Source: Carcharhinus amblyrhynchos
Lineage: Eukaryota
Direction of reading: 5' to 3'
DNA: 64,000 nucleotides
NCBI GenBank assembly: GCA_965287045.1
Contig: OZ336890.1
Coordinates: 22,630,001 to 22,694,000, forward strand
The notes under the pieces were generated by a model. The model had not been told where the DNA came from. It saw nothing but the letters and a program-made list of their open reading frames with translations, and ran no database searches. The position numbers and the translations under genes were made by a program. Below, piece after piece: positions 25,544-36,714 of the stretch. Position 1 is the first letter of the stretch; each line of letters begins with the position of its first letter.

Positions 25544-26852
25544 CTATATGGAACTGTAGTTAGAGCTAAAAGGAAACACCTAGCTAAAACATTTTACTTG
25601 TCCCACTATGAAAAGTAATTTGTGTTTCTTTTTGAATTAGTTGCTTCCTCTTATGGTATCACTTTATTCTTAATAAATGTTGTGCTCATTGAAATGAGGA
25701 TTGTTAAATCAGGAAAGCAGAACCTTGGCCACTTCAGTCAGCTGCTATCAGCCTCATTCACTCACAAATCAACAGCATATTATTTTTGGTCGTTGAGTGT
25801 CTGATGTCAAGAGAAACTGTTCACCATGATTAAAGATCTTCAATTCAGCTAATCAATACTTTGTGTAAGTAGACTGGTGCACAGTCAGATAGGACCTCTC
25901 TAACTTTTAGAATATTTACTTGAAAGTTATCAGGGCATAACTTGAAGAACTCAATGATATGTCTAGCTCTCCAATTCATTATCAGGGATCCAAACCAAAT
26001 GGTTAGTCATCAACAGCACCATAAGGGGATCTACCAGGCTCAAATATCAAATCCAAAATTGGCAAAGGAAATGGATACTCCTGAATCCCATGGCCAGGTA
26101 TAACATCTAGAAGCAAACATTTCTTTTACACACTCGAGAATGATAGTCTCATGTTGCTCCTTAGGCAACAGATACACAACATTTGAGCCCTTGCTGGTGT
26201 TCTGCGGAAATTGGACACCCCCGAAGGAACCTTCTGATCTCCCTAGTGGCAAACTTGGAGGTGGGAAGAGCATGTCATTTGGCAGGATGGTGGCATATTA
26301 GAACCCCACCTCCTTCCTGCTTCTATCAGAATTAACTTCTGGGTAGGAAGGTCTATGGTTCACTTTCCCACTCCATTGACAATTGAGGCTCTTAAGTGAC
26401 CAATTAATGACCACTTAAGTGCCTTATCCTGCTACCATTGGGTTCCCTTGATTGGATCAAGGCAGTCAGTGCCTGATCAAGGTAATGGACATGAGGAAGG
26501 TAGAAGGGCACGCTGAGAACCATGCTGCTGACCCTACCCTGCTCCTCCCTCTTTCTCTTTCTCTCTGTCTCTCTCCATGGCCCAACCCCATGAATCCCAC
26601 CCCCCTCGGTGGCATCCGTTGCTCTACGATTCCGGGAGGTGTTTCTCCTGCATCAGCCACCCATTTCCCTGTGGCTCTGCTGTCGGCCAGTGTCTTAATT
26701 CCAGGGCAAGACCTACTGTCAGTCTCGCCACTGCCTGATTGGCTTGTGGTTCTGCATACCTTCTTGAGAAGAGGCTCCTACCGGCTCTTCTGATAAGTGA
26801 GACCCATGATGCCTCAACAAAATTCTGCTCCACAAATAAAAAACTGAGCAGC

Positions 26853-27559
26853 ACTACTCTTGGTAGTGTCAATGAGCAGAGAGATCTCGGTGTACGTGTG
26901 CATAGATCCCTGAAAGTTGGCACCCAGGTTGATAAGGTTGTTAAGAAGGTGTACGGTGTGTTAGCTTTTATTGGCAGAGGGATTGAATTTCGGAACCGTG
27001 AGGTCATGTTGCAACTGTACAAAACTCTGGTGTGGCTGCACTTGGAGTATTGCGTACAGTTCTGGTCGCCGCATTGTAAGAAGGATGTAGAGGCATTGGA
27101 AAGGGTGCAGAGGAGGTTTACCAGGATGTTGCCTGCTATGTGGGAAGGTCTTATGAGGAAAGGCTGAGGGACTTGAGGTTGTTTTTAGAAAGAAGGTTGA
27201 GATGTGACCTAATTGAGGCATACAAGATGATCAGAGGGTTAGATAGGGTGGATAGTGAGAGCCTTTTTCCTCAGATGGTGATGGCTAACACAAAGGGACA
27301 TAGCTTTAAATTAAGGGGTGGTAATTATAGGACGGATGTCAGAGGTAGATTCTTTACTCAGAGGATAGTAAGGGTGTGGAATGCCCTGCTGCAGCAGTTG
27401 TGGACTCGCCAATTTTAAGGGCGTTCAAATGGTCAGTGGATAGGCATATGGATAACATTGGAATAGTTTAGGTTAGAGGGACATTAGATTGGTTCCACTG
27501 GTCGGCGCAACATCGAGGGCCGAAGGGCCTGTACTGCGCTGTAATGTCCTATGTTCTAT
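26853..27559 (+). mobile_element. 5'-truncated CR1 LINE, (TTCTATG)n-tailed subfamily
   Basis: EQRDLGVRVHRSLKV...LEYCVQFWSPH..LERVQRRFTRMLP...FFTQRIVRVWNAL. 3' UTR GGCCGAAGGGCCTGTACTGCGCTGTAATG..TATGTTCTAT. Confidence 0.93.
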
Positions 27560-27988
27560 AATTCACCATAAAATGTTTGAATGCGTTGCAATCATTTTTC
27601 TAGTTATGACATAGATATTATTTCCCCATAGAATACACTGAACAATCCTATAGGATAGGAGGTATGGAGCAGCTTGCTGCTCCGGGGAGCATCAAATGCT
27701 GAATATGTGAGCATGTGTTTGTTTACTCAGTCTCCAGTTAATGCCTTCCAACAGCTGTTATACCAAGCCTCAAGGTTTTCTCATTAGCTACCTGACAGGC
27801 ATCTGCTGTCAGCATGGTGGAAGGACCTATGCAGGACCAGTACATGTATAGTGAAGCTGTCTGCAAAGTAAAGCTCCCTCTACTCTGTGCCAATGTTGTG
27901 TTTCAGTTCCAATTGCAGAAGTCTGTTGTATCAGGCTGACATTTCATAAACCAGCAAGCTTGTGCCCCCTTTGCCAAATTTGCAGTTG

Positions 27989-28052
27989 TTTAGTGCCACA
28001 AGTACACAGTGATGTACTTGTGGCGCTAAATCAAAAATGATGTACTTGTGGC
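27989..28052. repeat. 18-bp-arm inverted repeat plus an adjacent 15-bp direct repeat
   Basis: TTTAGTGCCACAAGTACA-CAGTGA-TGTACTTGTGGCGCTAAA with one T.G pair. TGATGTACTTGTGGC occurs at 28010-28024 and 28038-28052. Confidence 0.9.
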
Positions 28053-28598
28053 CTCAATTGAAAATGATTGCCCATATATATCTAACATAGCACCCTTTAT
28101 AGTTGGCAGACTTCTTTGCTGCTAGTCTGAGGGGGGATTTATATTCAGATCCCAGAATAAGAGTGAAATTGGTCTATCAGTCAGGCTCGCAGCCTGTCAG
28201 CAGCCCATTTTACACCACTCTTAATTTTCTATTGCTTCAACTGAAAAGAAAATTGGTCACAGTATCTATCTATTGCATGCATTTCACACTCCTGGATTGG
28301 GCAATTGTAACCTGCACTCTGTCAAATGCACTTCTGTTTCAAATGAACGGACACACTGGTTCTCCCCTTATTAATTTCATATTAATACTAATAGCCAATA
28401 GATTGTTTAAGTTACATACTAAGTTTGACACATGGAATTATGTTTTAAGAAGTGCTGATTACTCCTACAGATGATGCTAGGTTTCATTGTTCAGGATGTC
28501 ACAGCTTGACAAATGAGCTTCTACTTTACAAGGAGAGTCTATTGCTATACGATAGCTTGATCTGGCCACTAGCTTTGAGAAATGACTCAACATACCTT

Positions 28599-28890
28599 AG
28601 AATCATGGATCCCTACAGTGCAGAAGGAGGCCATTTGGCCCATCGAGTCTGCACCAACCACAATCCTACCTAGGTCCTTTTCATGTAACCCCATTTATCC
28701 TGCTAGTCCCCCTGACCCTAAGGGTCAGTTTAACACAGCCAATCAACCTAACCCGCACATCTTTGAAATGCGGGTGCACCCGGAGGAAACCCATGCAGAC
28801 ATGGGGAGAAAGTGCTAACTCAACATGATCAGTGACCTGAGGCTGCAATTAAACCTGGGTCCCTGGTGCTGTGAGACAGCAGTGCTAAAC
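28599..28890 (-). mobile_element. HE1-like V-SINE, type A tail
   Basis: Tail GGTGCAGACTCGATGGGCCAAATGGCCTCCTTCTGCACTGTAGGGATCCATGATTCT. Head slightly 5'-truncated. Confidence 0.9.
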
Positions 28891-29859
28891 TTTGAAAAAA
28901 AAAATTCACCAATTTTTCTACAATAACTGACAACAAAATAAGGGTTTGTACAAAATTCGACAAAATGCACACTTTGTCATGGCATGATAACATTTATTCA
29001 CTGATTTATTTCAATGGCACAATTGAAGCTTTTGGTTAATGATCTCTACTTGTTACAAAACCCTGGGCTCAAGCAATATGTTTGCTCAAAGCTGTAATTT
29101 GATAGCTGAAGCTGTGAAGTAAAATTTATTTTAAAAATTATAATAGAGAATTTTTTTATGACAAGTGAAAACTGTGCTCTGATGAGACACATGCAGAGTG
29201 TGTTTCATATGCAGTTAAATTCAGAATATGTATTAAACTGGGGATGGAGTAAAAAAGTAGGAGAGTGATCTCTTAATGGATCAATTTTGAAATACAAGGC
29301 ACCAGTTGAATTTTGAAGTTGGCTTATCATCTCACTTATTTGTTCGAGAGTCGCTAAATGTGGATGCTAATCGCTTACGTCTGTGAGATGGTGATTCTCA
29401 CTGTCTACATATATGAGACAGAGGACAAGAGAAATAAAAAGCAAAAACAAGTTTCTTTCCTCACCAAAATTTCATTAATCTAAAACAGTTAGAAATATAT
29501 TTTCTGTTTAGTGAAATGTATTTCTGATAATCGTAAACATTAGTTAAGCTGAGCTATCTTTGTATCTATCACCCCTTAATTATTGTGGTTAATATTCTAG
29601 AACCATTGAAAAGAGACAGCCTAGGAGGAAACATTTTATGCAACAGTTCTTCTGTTGTGAGTTGATCATATTCAGTTCTGCTGAGAAGATAGAATGCGTA
29701 GGTACTGCCCACAATCAGTTTCAGGATGTCATACCAGGTGGAGTTCTACATTACATTAATTACAACAATTCCACATTTAGTCAGCAGCTATTCATAGGTT
29801 TCACTTACCCTGGCCACAAGATACTGACTCATCCTTGTAAGATTCTCCAATATTTCACT

Positions 29860-30146
29860 TAGATGTATTAGCAGGCTATTTTTACAATGATAGGTGTAGG
29901 TTGGGGACATAGACTGTATTTGAACCTGATCCAGTCCTCCATTTTCTAGCTGAAGGTGATTAGCAGTGTGAATATTCGTAGATTTCTGTCTTACTTCCAG
30001 CCCAAAAACATTAGTGCTCATTGTGCCCAAAGTGCAACGACAGCTGGTTCCAGTTAGCTCAGCATGGGGATAGATTAAATCTGTGATCTTCCCAGTTTTT
30101 ATAACACACTGTCATGTCAAGAAATGCATTAGATCGCTGAACCATC
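29860..30146 (-). mobile_element. Possible ancient SINE-like relic
   Basis: Reverse complement begins GATGGTTCAGCGA (A-box-like), then GGAAGATCACAGATTTAATC (decayed B-box-like) and TGCTGAGCTAACTG. Very degenerate, family not assigned. Confidence 0.3.
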
Positions 30147-30208
30147 AATAGCCATCAGTCTAATAAACAGTAATAAGCAATGACAGAAAGACAAGTAAGC
30201 AATCAGCT

Positions 30209-30272
30209 GGACAGCACAGTGGTTAGCACTGTTGCCTCATAGCTCCAGGGACCCAGGTTCAATTCCTGGCTG
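30209..30272 (+). mobile_element. HE1-like SINE head only (tRNA-related part)
   Basis: GGACAGCACAGTGGTTAGCACTGTTGCCTCATAGCTCCAGGGACCCAGGTTCAATTCCTGGCTG, with no V-domain after it. Confidence 0.85.
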
Positions 30273-30806
30273 TAATGTTGCACTGAAGCCCAATGTAAGT
30301 TGGAGGAACAGCTTCCAATTAGTCTCATGGAGTCAACATTGAGATCAACAACTTAAGACCGTGAACTCTTTTCTCCATCTTGATCCCCTTTTTAAACCTT
30401 TTTTTGTCCCAATCCGCCCACTGTCCCACAGAGTCATCTGACACTTGTTCCTAAGTTTTGCTTTCACAGAGCGCTGACTCTTGTTCCGCTATCTTACCTT
30501 TATACCATTATTAGCACCTTCATTATTCTTTAACATGATGGCTAACACTCCTTTTTCTTGATTTCCATGACACGTTTGTCAAATCTCCTAGCTCCCACCC
30601 AGTCCTGAGATTCTATTTTTGCTCCATCTGCCCCACCCCTGCTTAATCAGTGCACAATCCATCACATTTCTCCCTCCGTTTAACTCTGAAGAAAAGCCAT
30701 ACAGACTCGAAATGTTAACTCTGTTTCTCTCTCACAGGTGCTGCCAGACCTCCTGAGTTTATCCTGTTTTGATTTCAGATTTTCAGCATCTGCAGTATTT
30801 TGCTTT
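30273..30806 (+). mobile_element. Penelope-like element 3' fragment (end of GIY-YIG region plus 3' UTR with a hammerhead-like motif)
   Basis: CCTEAQCKLEEQL...VNIEINNLRP resembles the Penelope C-terminus (KLEEQHLIF..GLNIEF). Pyrimidine-rich UTR follows, then CTGAAGA..GACTCGAAATGTTAACT and a TTTCAGATTTTCAGCATCTGCAGTATTTTGC end. Confidence 0.75.
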
Positions 30807-33646
30807 AATGCCAAGGTTTCTTGTTCCTTTACCCTGCCCTGCATCCCACTTGCAGGCACATCAGGGAAAAACTTTTTCATTTTTTTTTTCTGTCGCATGT
30901 TGCATGACACGCTGCAGTTTTCTATGGATTTGATGCTGGTATCAGAACTATTTTGCTTTATTACTGCTGACATAAAATTGGATCTTTATAGATCTGGTCA
31001 TGTAGCAAATTGGTTGTGAAAACTGCTGACCAGTATTAAACTCCTGCGAAACCTAACAAGAGTTGCATAATAAATGCAATAGTCTTGATATTATTATTCC
31101 TGACTTAGCACATGAAGGAGATGCCATTTTCAGAGAGATAATGGGCAGAATTGTATGTTGCATCAGGTCTCTGCATCTACTAACCCCCCCCACCCCCTCA
31201 GTGTGGAAATATCCAGGGAAAAGCTACCACGGCTCTGCTGGGTTGTCCAGCAGTCATTCAGCATTTAGCGGGATATTAATTGGCTCAGGAAATGGGTGGG
31301 AAGGTAAGTGGGGGTTGTTTGATAAGGGGTGGAAGTTTGATAAGGTCAGGCCAACAGTGGAAGGCTGGTGTGGGGAGGGGTAGGAGAAATCTTGAGGGGA
31401 GGATACAAGGGGGGCCTGGAATTCTCTGTTGAGCCCATGAAATAAGGCCTTCTCAACAACTGCCTGCTAGTAATCCAAACAGTGAAAGCCACTGGGCCTC
31501 CCACTCTGCCCAGCATGTCAAAAATTATGCCAGGGTTGGCAAGAGACCCTTAATTTGAGGGCCTCAATTGGCTACAGGCAAGTATGCTGCCCACGCTTCC
31601 CTGGCCGTGTATAAAATTGCAGTTGGTGAATGGGTGGCACCAGAAAGGACTTTCATGGCTTTACGCTGCTCCTAACTCACCAACCAAAGCTACGGTCATC
31701 ATTCAGTAGTTCAGTACGCACAGCTTTTAGCAACATCTGCAGAGCTACTTTTGAATTTAGCTTTACATTGTGCTCTATTATAAAGTATTTGACAAATGCA
31801 TTTCATAAGATCTCCATGGGCAATAGTAAAGAAACATGGAAATCCATGGGACAACATAGATCTAGATAAAGATCTAGCCAGGATTCTCCAGTCCCACTGC
31901 AGTGAATGGAGATTTGCCTGAACTCACTTCAAAAAAGATAGCAGGGAATGATTATGAAAGCTATGATGTCAGATGCGATAGATTGGGTATTGTAATGCAG
32001 GGGTTAGTACTTGGGGTGTCCTTGGTTTATGACAGAGATGCAGTAAACAATTGCTAAACCTGAATACAGTAGAACAGAGGAATCAGGAAGGACAGTGCAC
32101 ACAGTTGATAATTTGCAATAGGTGCAGTTGGGAACAGATGACAGTTCCATTTTTTGTGAGGCAACACACATTGGCAGAATATGAGTAACAAGTTCATTAT
32201 GGAGAAGATAGAGTTGACATAGGGGCTATGAAGGGCTTTGAATCATAGCAAGCAGATTCATCATGTTCAGTCAGTGTCAACACAATACAGAGAAGCATTT
32301 TTAAAAAAGGAAATGGATGTTAGCACACTGATAGTTTACAATTCTTTGGGTTCTCTCATGTAATTAAACAGTCCATAATGCGCCTCACCATTGCATAAAT
32401 TATTTGGTTGTAATTTATATGTCAATTCTATAAAGTTTACTACTAACTGAAACCTTTTCAGATGGCATCAACTTGTACACCCCTTTGCTTCTGGTTTTCA
32501 CACAACAGATATCTTTATTCCATCTTCATCCATTTGTTATAAATTAGTTTGCATTGCAATAAATTACATTCCATTCAAACTGTGGACCTGTCTTTGGTTT
32601 TATTTAATTTTGAGATTCCAACACTAAAATGCACTTATTTTAACCGAAACGCAGCATCCTGTGTTCCAAAGCAACCAACAAAAAAAGTCATTAGATTTTG
32701 AGACATTGGACGAGTGAAATGCGCATGAGTTTTTTGGGTAGAATTGAGATGCATTCACACATTGTTGTGTAGCATTAATAAGAAATATTAATATATTTTT
32801 TAAACGGAGGAGAAAAATATCATCAGAAAATATACGTAAATTAGAAATGTAATATCTTAAAAGTCATTGTATTCCTTCAACAGGAGTCTGTTATGGGAAT
32901 GACTGACACTTTGTGGTAAATTTCTCATGATTGAGGTGCATCATGAATTCTATCATTTGTAGATTCTTAATTGTATCTTCCAGTGTCTGATTGAAAATGC
33001 TGCATTCCAATTATAAAGATTATCTGTTATGAAGTTTACATGACAACAAACCTGCCCCTTACTCGCTGCCCACCAGTGCGAATAAAAAGTGTCACAAATG
33101 ATCTATTATTTATTAATTTATTTATATATAAAATGTAAGAAAAATAGATTTAAAATTATCCTTCGTCTCTCCCCAACTTAAAAGAACAGCTGTTCATGTG
33201 TAGCTATTTTAAACTAAACATAACTTCTAAACATAGTAAAACATGCTGTTAACTAATGTCCCTATATACTGCTGTTTGTACAACTGCAGGTTATAATATT
33301 ATTGATTACTTCACAGCATTTCTTTGCAAGCATTTTACTTGCATTTTGTACTATTAATAGATTTATCAGTAAATCATGAGTAACGTACCTATTTTGAAAT
33401 ATCAATATATATTTCATCAGGGATTTGAATGAGGGAATATGATTAGAGGCATGAACTTCATTCTTAAATCATTATTTTGTGTGTGCGTGTTGAGTATTGT
33501 TGGGGGGAGTGAGTCGGCATCGTTGGCAGTTCTGGGGAGTGGTGAGCATCTTTGGAGTTCTAGGTGAGGTGAGCAATAAGTGGATATAGGGTGTGAGCAT
33601 TGTCGGAGGGTATGGTGTTGGTGAGCATTTGTTTGGAGCTGTTTAC

Positions 33647-33931
33647 AGTTTATTTATTTGTCACAAGTAGGCTTACATTCACACTGCAATGAAGTTACTG
33701 TGAAAATTCTCTAGTCGCCACACTCTGATGCCCGTCCAGGTACACGGAGAGAGAATTTAGCATGGCCAATTCACCTAACCTGCACATCTTTCGACTATGG
33801 GAGGAAACCAGAGCAACCGGAGGAAACCCACACAGACACAGGAAGAATGTACAAACTCCACACAGACAGTGACTCAAGCCGAGAGTTGAACCCGGGTCCC
33901 TGGCGCAGCGAAGCAGCAGTGCTAACCACCG
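33647..33931 (-). mobile_element. HE1-like V-SINE, type B tail (best-preserved B tail)
   Basis: Tail GGCGACTAGAGAATTTTCACAGTAACTTCATTGCAGTGTGAATGTAAGCCTACTTGTGACAAATAAATAAACT. Confidence 0.92.
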
Positions 33932-33967
33932 AGTGGGAGGATGGATAGGGCATTGTTGAAGGTTTAT

Positions 33968-34367
33968 ATAGAACATAGAACGTAGAACACTACAGCACAA
34001 ACAGGCCCTTCGGCCCACTAGTTGCACTGATCACTTCTATACCTACAAAGCCATAGACCTATCTATAACTCCCAATCCCATATACTCATCCAGAAGTCTT
34101 TTAAAAGACCCCAGCGAGTTCGCCTCCACCACCACCGACGGCAGCCGATTCCATTCACTCACCATCCTCTGAGTGGAAAAACTTACCCCTAACATCACCT
34201 CTGTACTTGCTTCCCTGCACCTTAAATCTGTGTCCTCTCATAGCGACCATTTCAGCCCTGGGAAATAGCCTCTGAGAATCCACCCTATCTATTCCTCTCA
34301 ACATCTTATAAACCTCTATCAGGTCGCCCCTCAACCTTCGTTTCTCCAGGGAGAAGAGTCCCAGCTT
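33968..34367 (-). mobile_element. CR1 3' end, (TTCTATG)n tail
   Basis: Reverse complement encodes LGLFSLEKRRLRGDLIEVYKMLRGIDRVD..., followed by the GGGCCGAAGGGCCTGTTTGTGCTGTAG UTR. Confidence 0.9.
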
Positions 34368-36714
34368 TATGTGTGAACACTATTAGGGGTGTGAGGAATA
34401 TGAGCAGGGTTGGGATGGAGCATTGTCAGCGGGTGTGAGGAAGTGTTGAAGGTGTCAGATGTGCGAGGGGTTTGATCATTGTCAGGTATGGGGGTGAGCA
34501 TTATTAGGGGTGGTGGAGGGCAGTGAGCAGTGTCGGAGGTGTGAGGGGCTGCTGAACATTGTTAGGGATGTGGGAGGTGAGCATTGTTCGGGTGGTGTTG
34601 CAGGTTTAACATTAGGGTGTGTGGGGGGAGGTGAGCATTTTCAGGGGTTTTTGTGGGGGGGGAGGTGAGCATTGTCAGGATTGTGGGAAGTTGGACATTT
34701 TCTGGGGCTCTGGGGAAGATAAGCATTGTCAGGGGTTTGGGGGGATGAATATTGTTGGGGGGTGAGCATTGTCAGGGACGTGGGGGGGGGGGGCTAAGCA
34801 TTGTTGGGAGTGTTTGTGTGGTGAGTTATGTCAGTGATGTGAAGTGGTGAGTAGTGTTAGGGGTGTGGGGCTGAGGGTGGAGCCTAAAAACAAAAACCCC
34901 TGAAATTCAGTGAGCTGTAGACAGACCTCCAAAGGTTTGTCCACAGTTCATGACAAAAAAAGGGACATGGTTTTTCTGAAATTCACTTCACCACTTGACC
35001 TTCCAACTCACCTGTATGCTGGAAAGAATCTGAGCTGGACAGGTAGGTCCAAACGTTCGAGCTTAATACGGTAAAAGTATCTTCTAATAGAGTCAAGATG
35101 TGCGCTCACCCTCCATTGCTGGCCACAAGATCTAGACTAATATTCATGATCTGCCTTATCTGACCGTTCGTAGAATTTTATATATATGAGCTCCATCCTG
35201 ACCTCATAATTTGTAGTTGATAAAAATGATCTGCTGTCTTCTGGACCATATCTGCCCAACCATTAACAAAATGTGGGATCCTATAGTTAGTTCATAAAAC
35301 AAATGTACTCCATCTTTATACATAGATTTTATTTAATTTGCTGTGCTCAAACACATTTTCTTCAGTGTACACAATTTGAATTGAAACTTGCATTGCTGGT
35401 TCACTCACACGGAGCACAGGCATGCCTCCACAGTGCTAAACTGTATGTCTTCTCAAAGTATTTCATATATGCAAGAATTGTTTGGGATTGTCATCTTCAA
35501 GCTTATCTCCAATCTTTCTTGAGAGCATTTTTTGCCAGATTTTATTTAAATCAGAATTCTGCAAACAATTCATCCTCAATATGTTTGTAATTTATTTCCT
35601 TCCCTTCATTCATGATTAAAATATTGGTCATTTCCCATGATTCTGGAATCTATCATTTGCAAGAGCAAAGTAAATGAAACACATTGTTTTGTTCCAGTGA
35701 CAACTCCCTTATTCTACTGTTGTGAGAAGTATTTGTTTCAGGGGAGTGATTTCACAGATAAACAGTAGATTATGATGGTAAATGTGTAGTTAAAGGGGAT
35801 AACGAGGCTTCATGATAGTATCCAAGCTAGATGATTATGGTAAACAAGGCAATTATTTCACATTGCCAATGAGTGTTTACACAATTTCAGATCCAGTGCA
35901 ACTCATAAAGTTAATCCAATGTGTAACACATTCTGCATAACATTTACGTTGTGTTGCTGTACACGCCTTGAATCAACATAATCTAATGGCTCTTCAGATT
36001 TTTTTGCAGAAACAGAAGCAAATGAAGCTGATTATATCTTACTCTTATGACAGATTACTTGGCACTTAGAATTATTTTGTTATTGTCAGATAAGTGGAAG
36101 GTACAGTGCAGGTACGAGTGACAACACCAATTTTTAAAATTTAAAAATGGCACTTAAACATGTCTAAATGAGGCCCAAAGGCTGGCTGCAGATCTATGGA
36201 GGCAATTTGTCTTGTGTTTGATGGCATATCAACAGGTAATTGGCAGACTTACCCGTATCGAGTCTGAGATAATGTGCAGATTTTTTGTTATTTGGGTGCA
36301 GCAGGAAGTAGCAATGTGACACTAAAATTAGAATGCTGGCTTCTGACCAATCACCTATTTACTTTGTAATAAAGATCAGACACTGATTTGCATTTTCTTT
36401 TAATTTCCCTTATGCTCACAATGTTTACCTAATATCTTTGAATATCGTGCTGCACAATGTGTAAGTTTACTTGAGAGGATCTGCATGAAGGTGCAATTCC
36501 ATGTAAAGCACACACGAGTGAAAAAAACTTGTTGATTGCACTGGCTTCAGTGTCTTGAGCTATCCTATTGATTGAACTTTTTTAGCTGAGATGCATAGGT
36601 TTGTAGCCATGATAATTCAGCATATATTTCACAATGTTCTATATTGTTCGTATCCATTAGCTAGGGTCTGACTACTGTGATATAAAAGTGTGTTTATTTA
36701 TCTTGTATATGCCC

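Larger units (their letters stand above)
33487..34872 (+). repeat. Degenerate G-rich minisatellite (core GTGAGCATTGT[T/C][A/G]GGG, about 25-30-bp units), interrupted by a SINE and a CR1
   Basis: Many recurring GAGCATT-like cores separated by GT/G-rich linkers at 33487-33640, 33932-33965 and 34368-34872. Confidence 0.8.

Noticed and set aside
32441-32510. Perfect TACTAAC branch-point motif followed by CCTTTTCAG|ATG
   Set aside because: The branch-to-AG distance is short (about 15 nt), frames close quickly, and no good donor follows. A 7-mer is expected by chance in 64 kb.
33487-34872. CRISPR-like repeat and spacer appearance
   Set aside because: The repeat core is short and degenerate, the linkers are similar low-complexity G/T sequence, there are no cas genes, and the context is eukaryotic.
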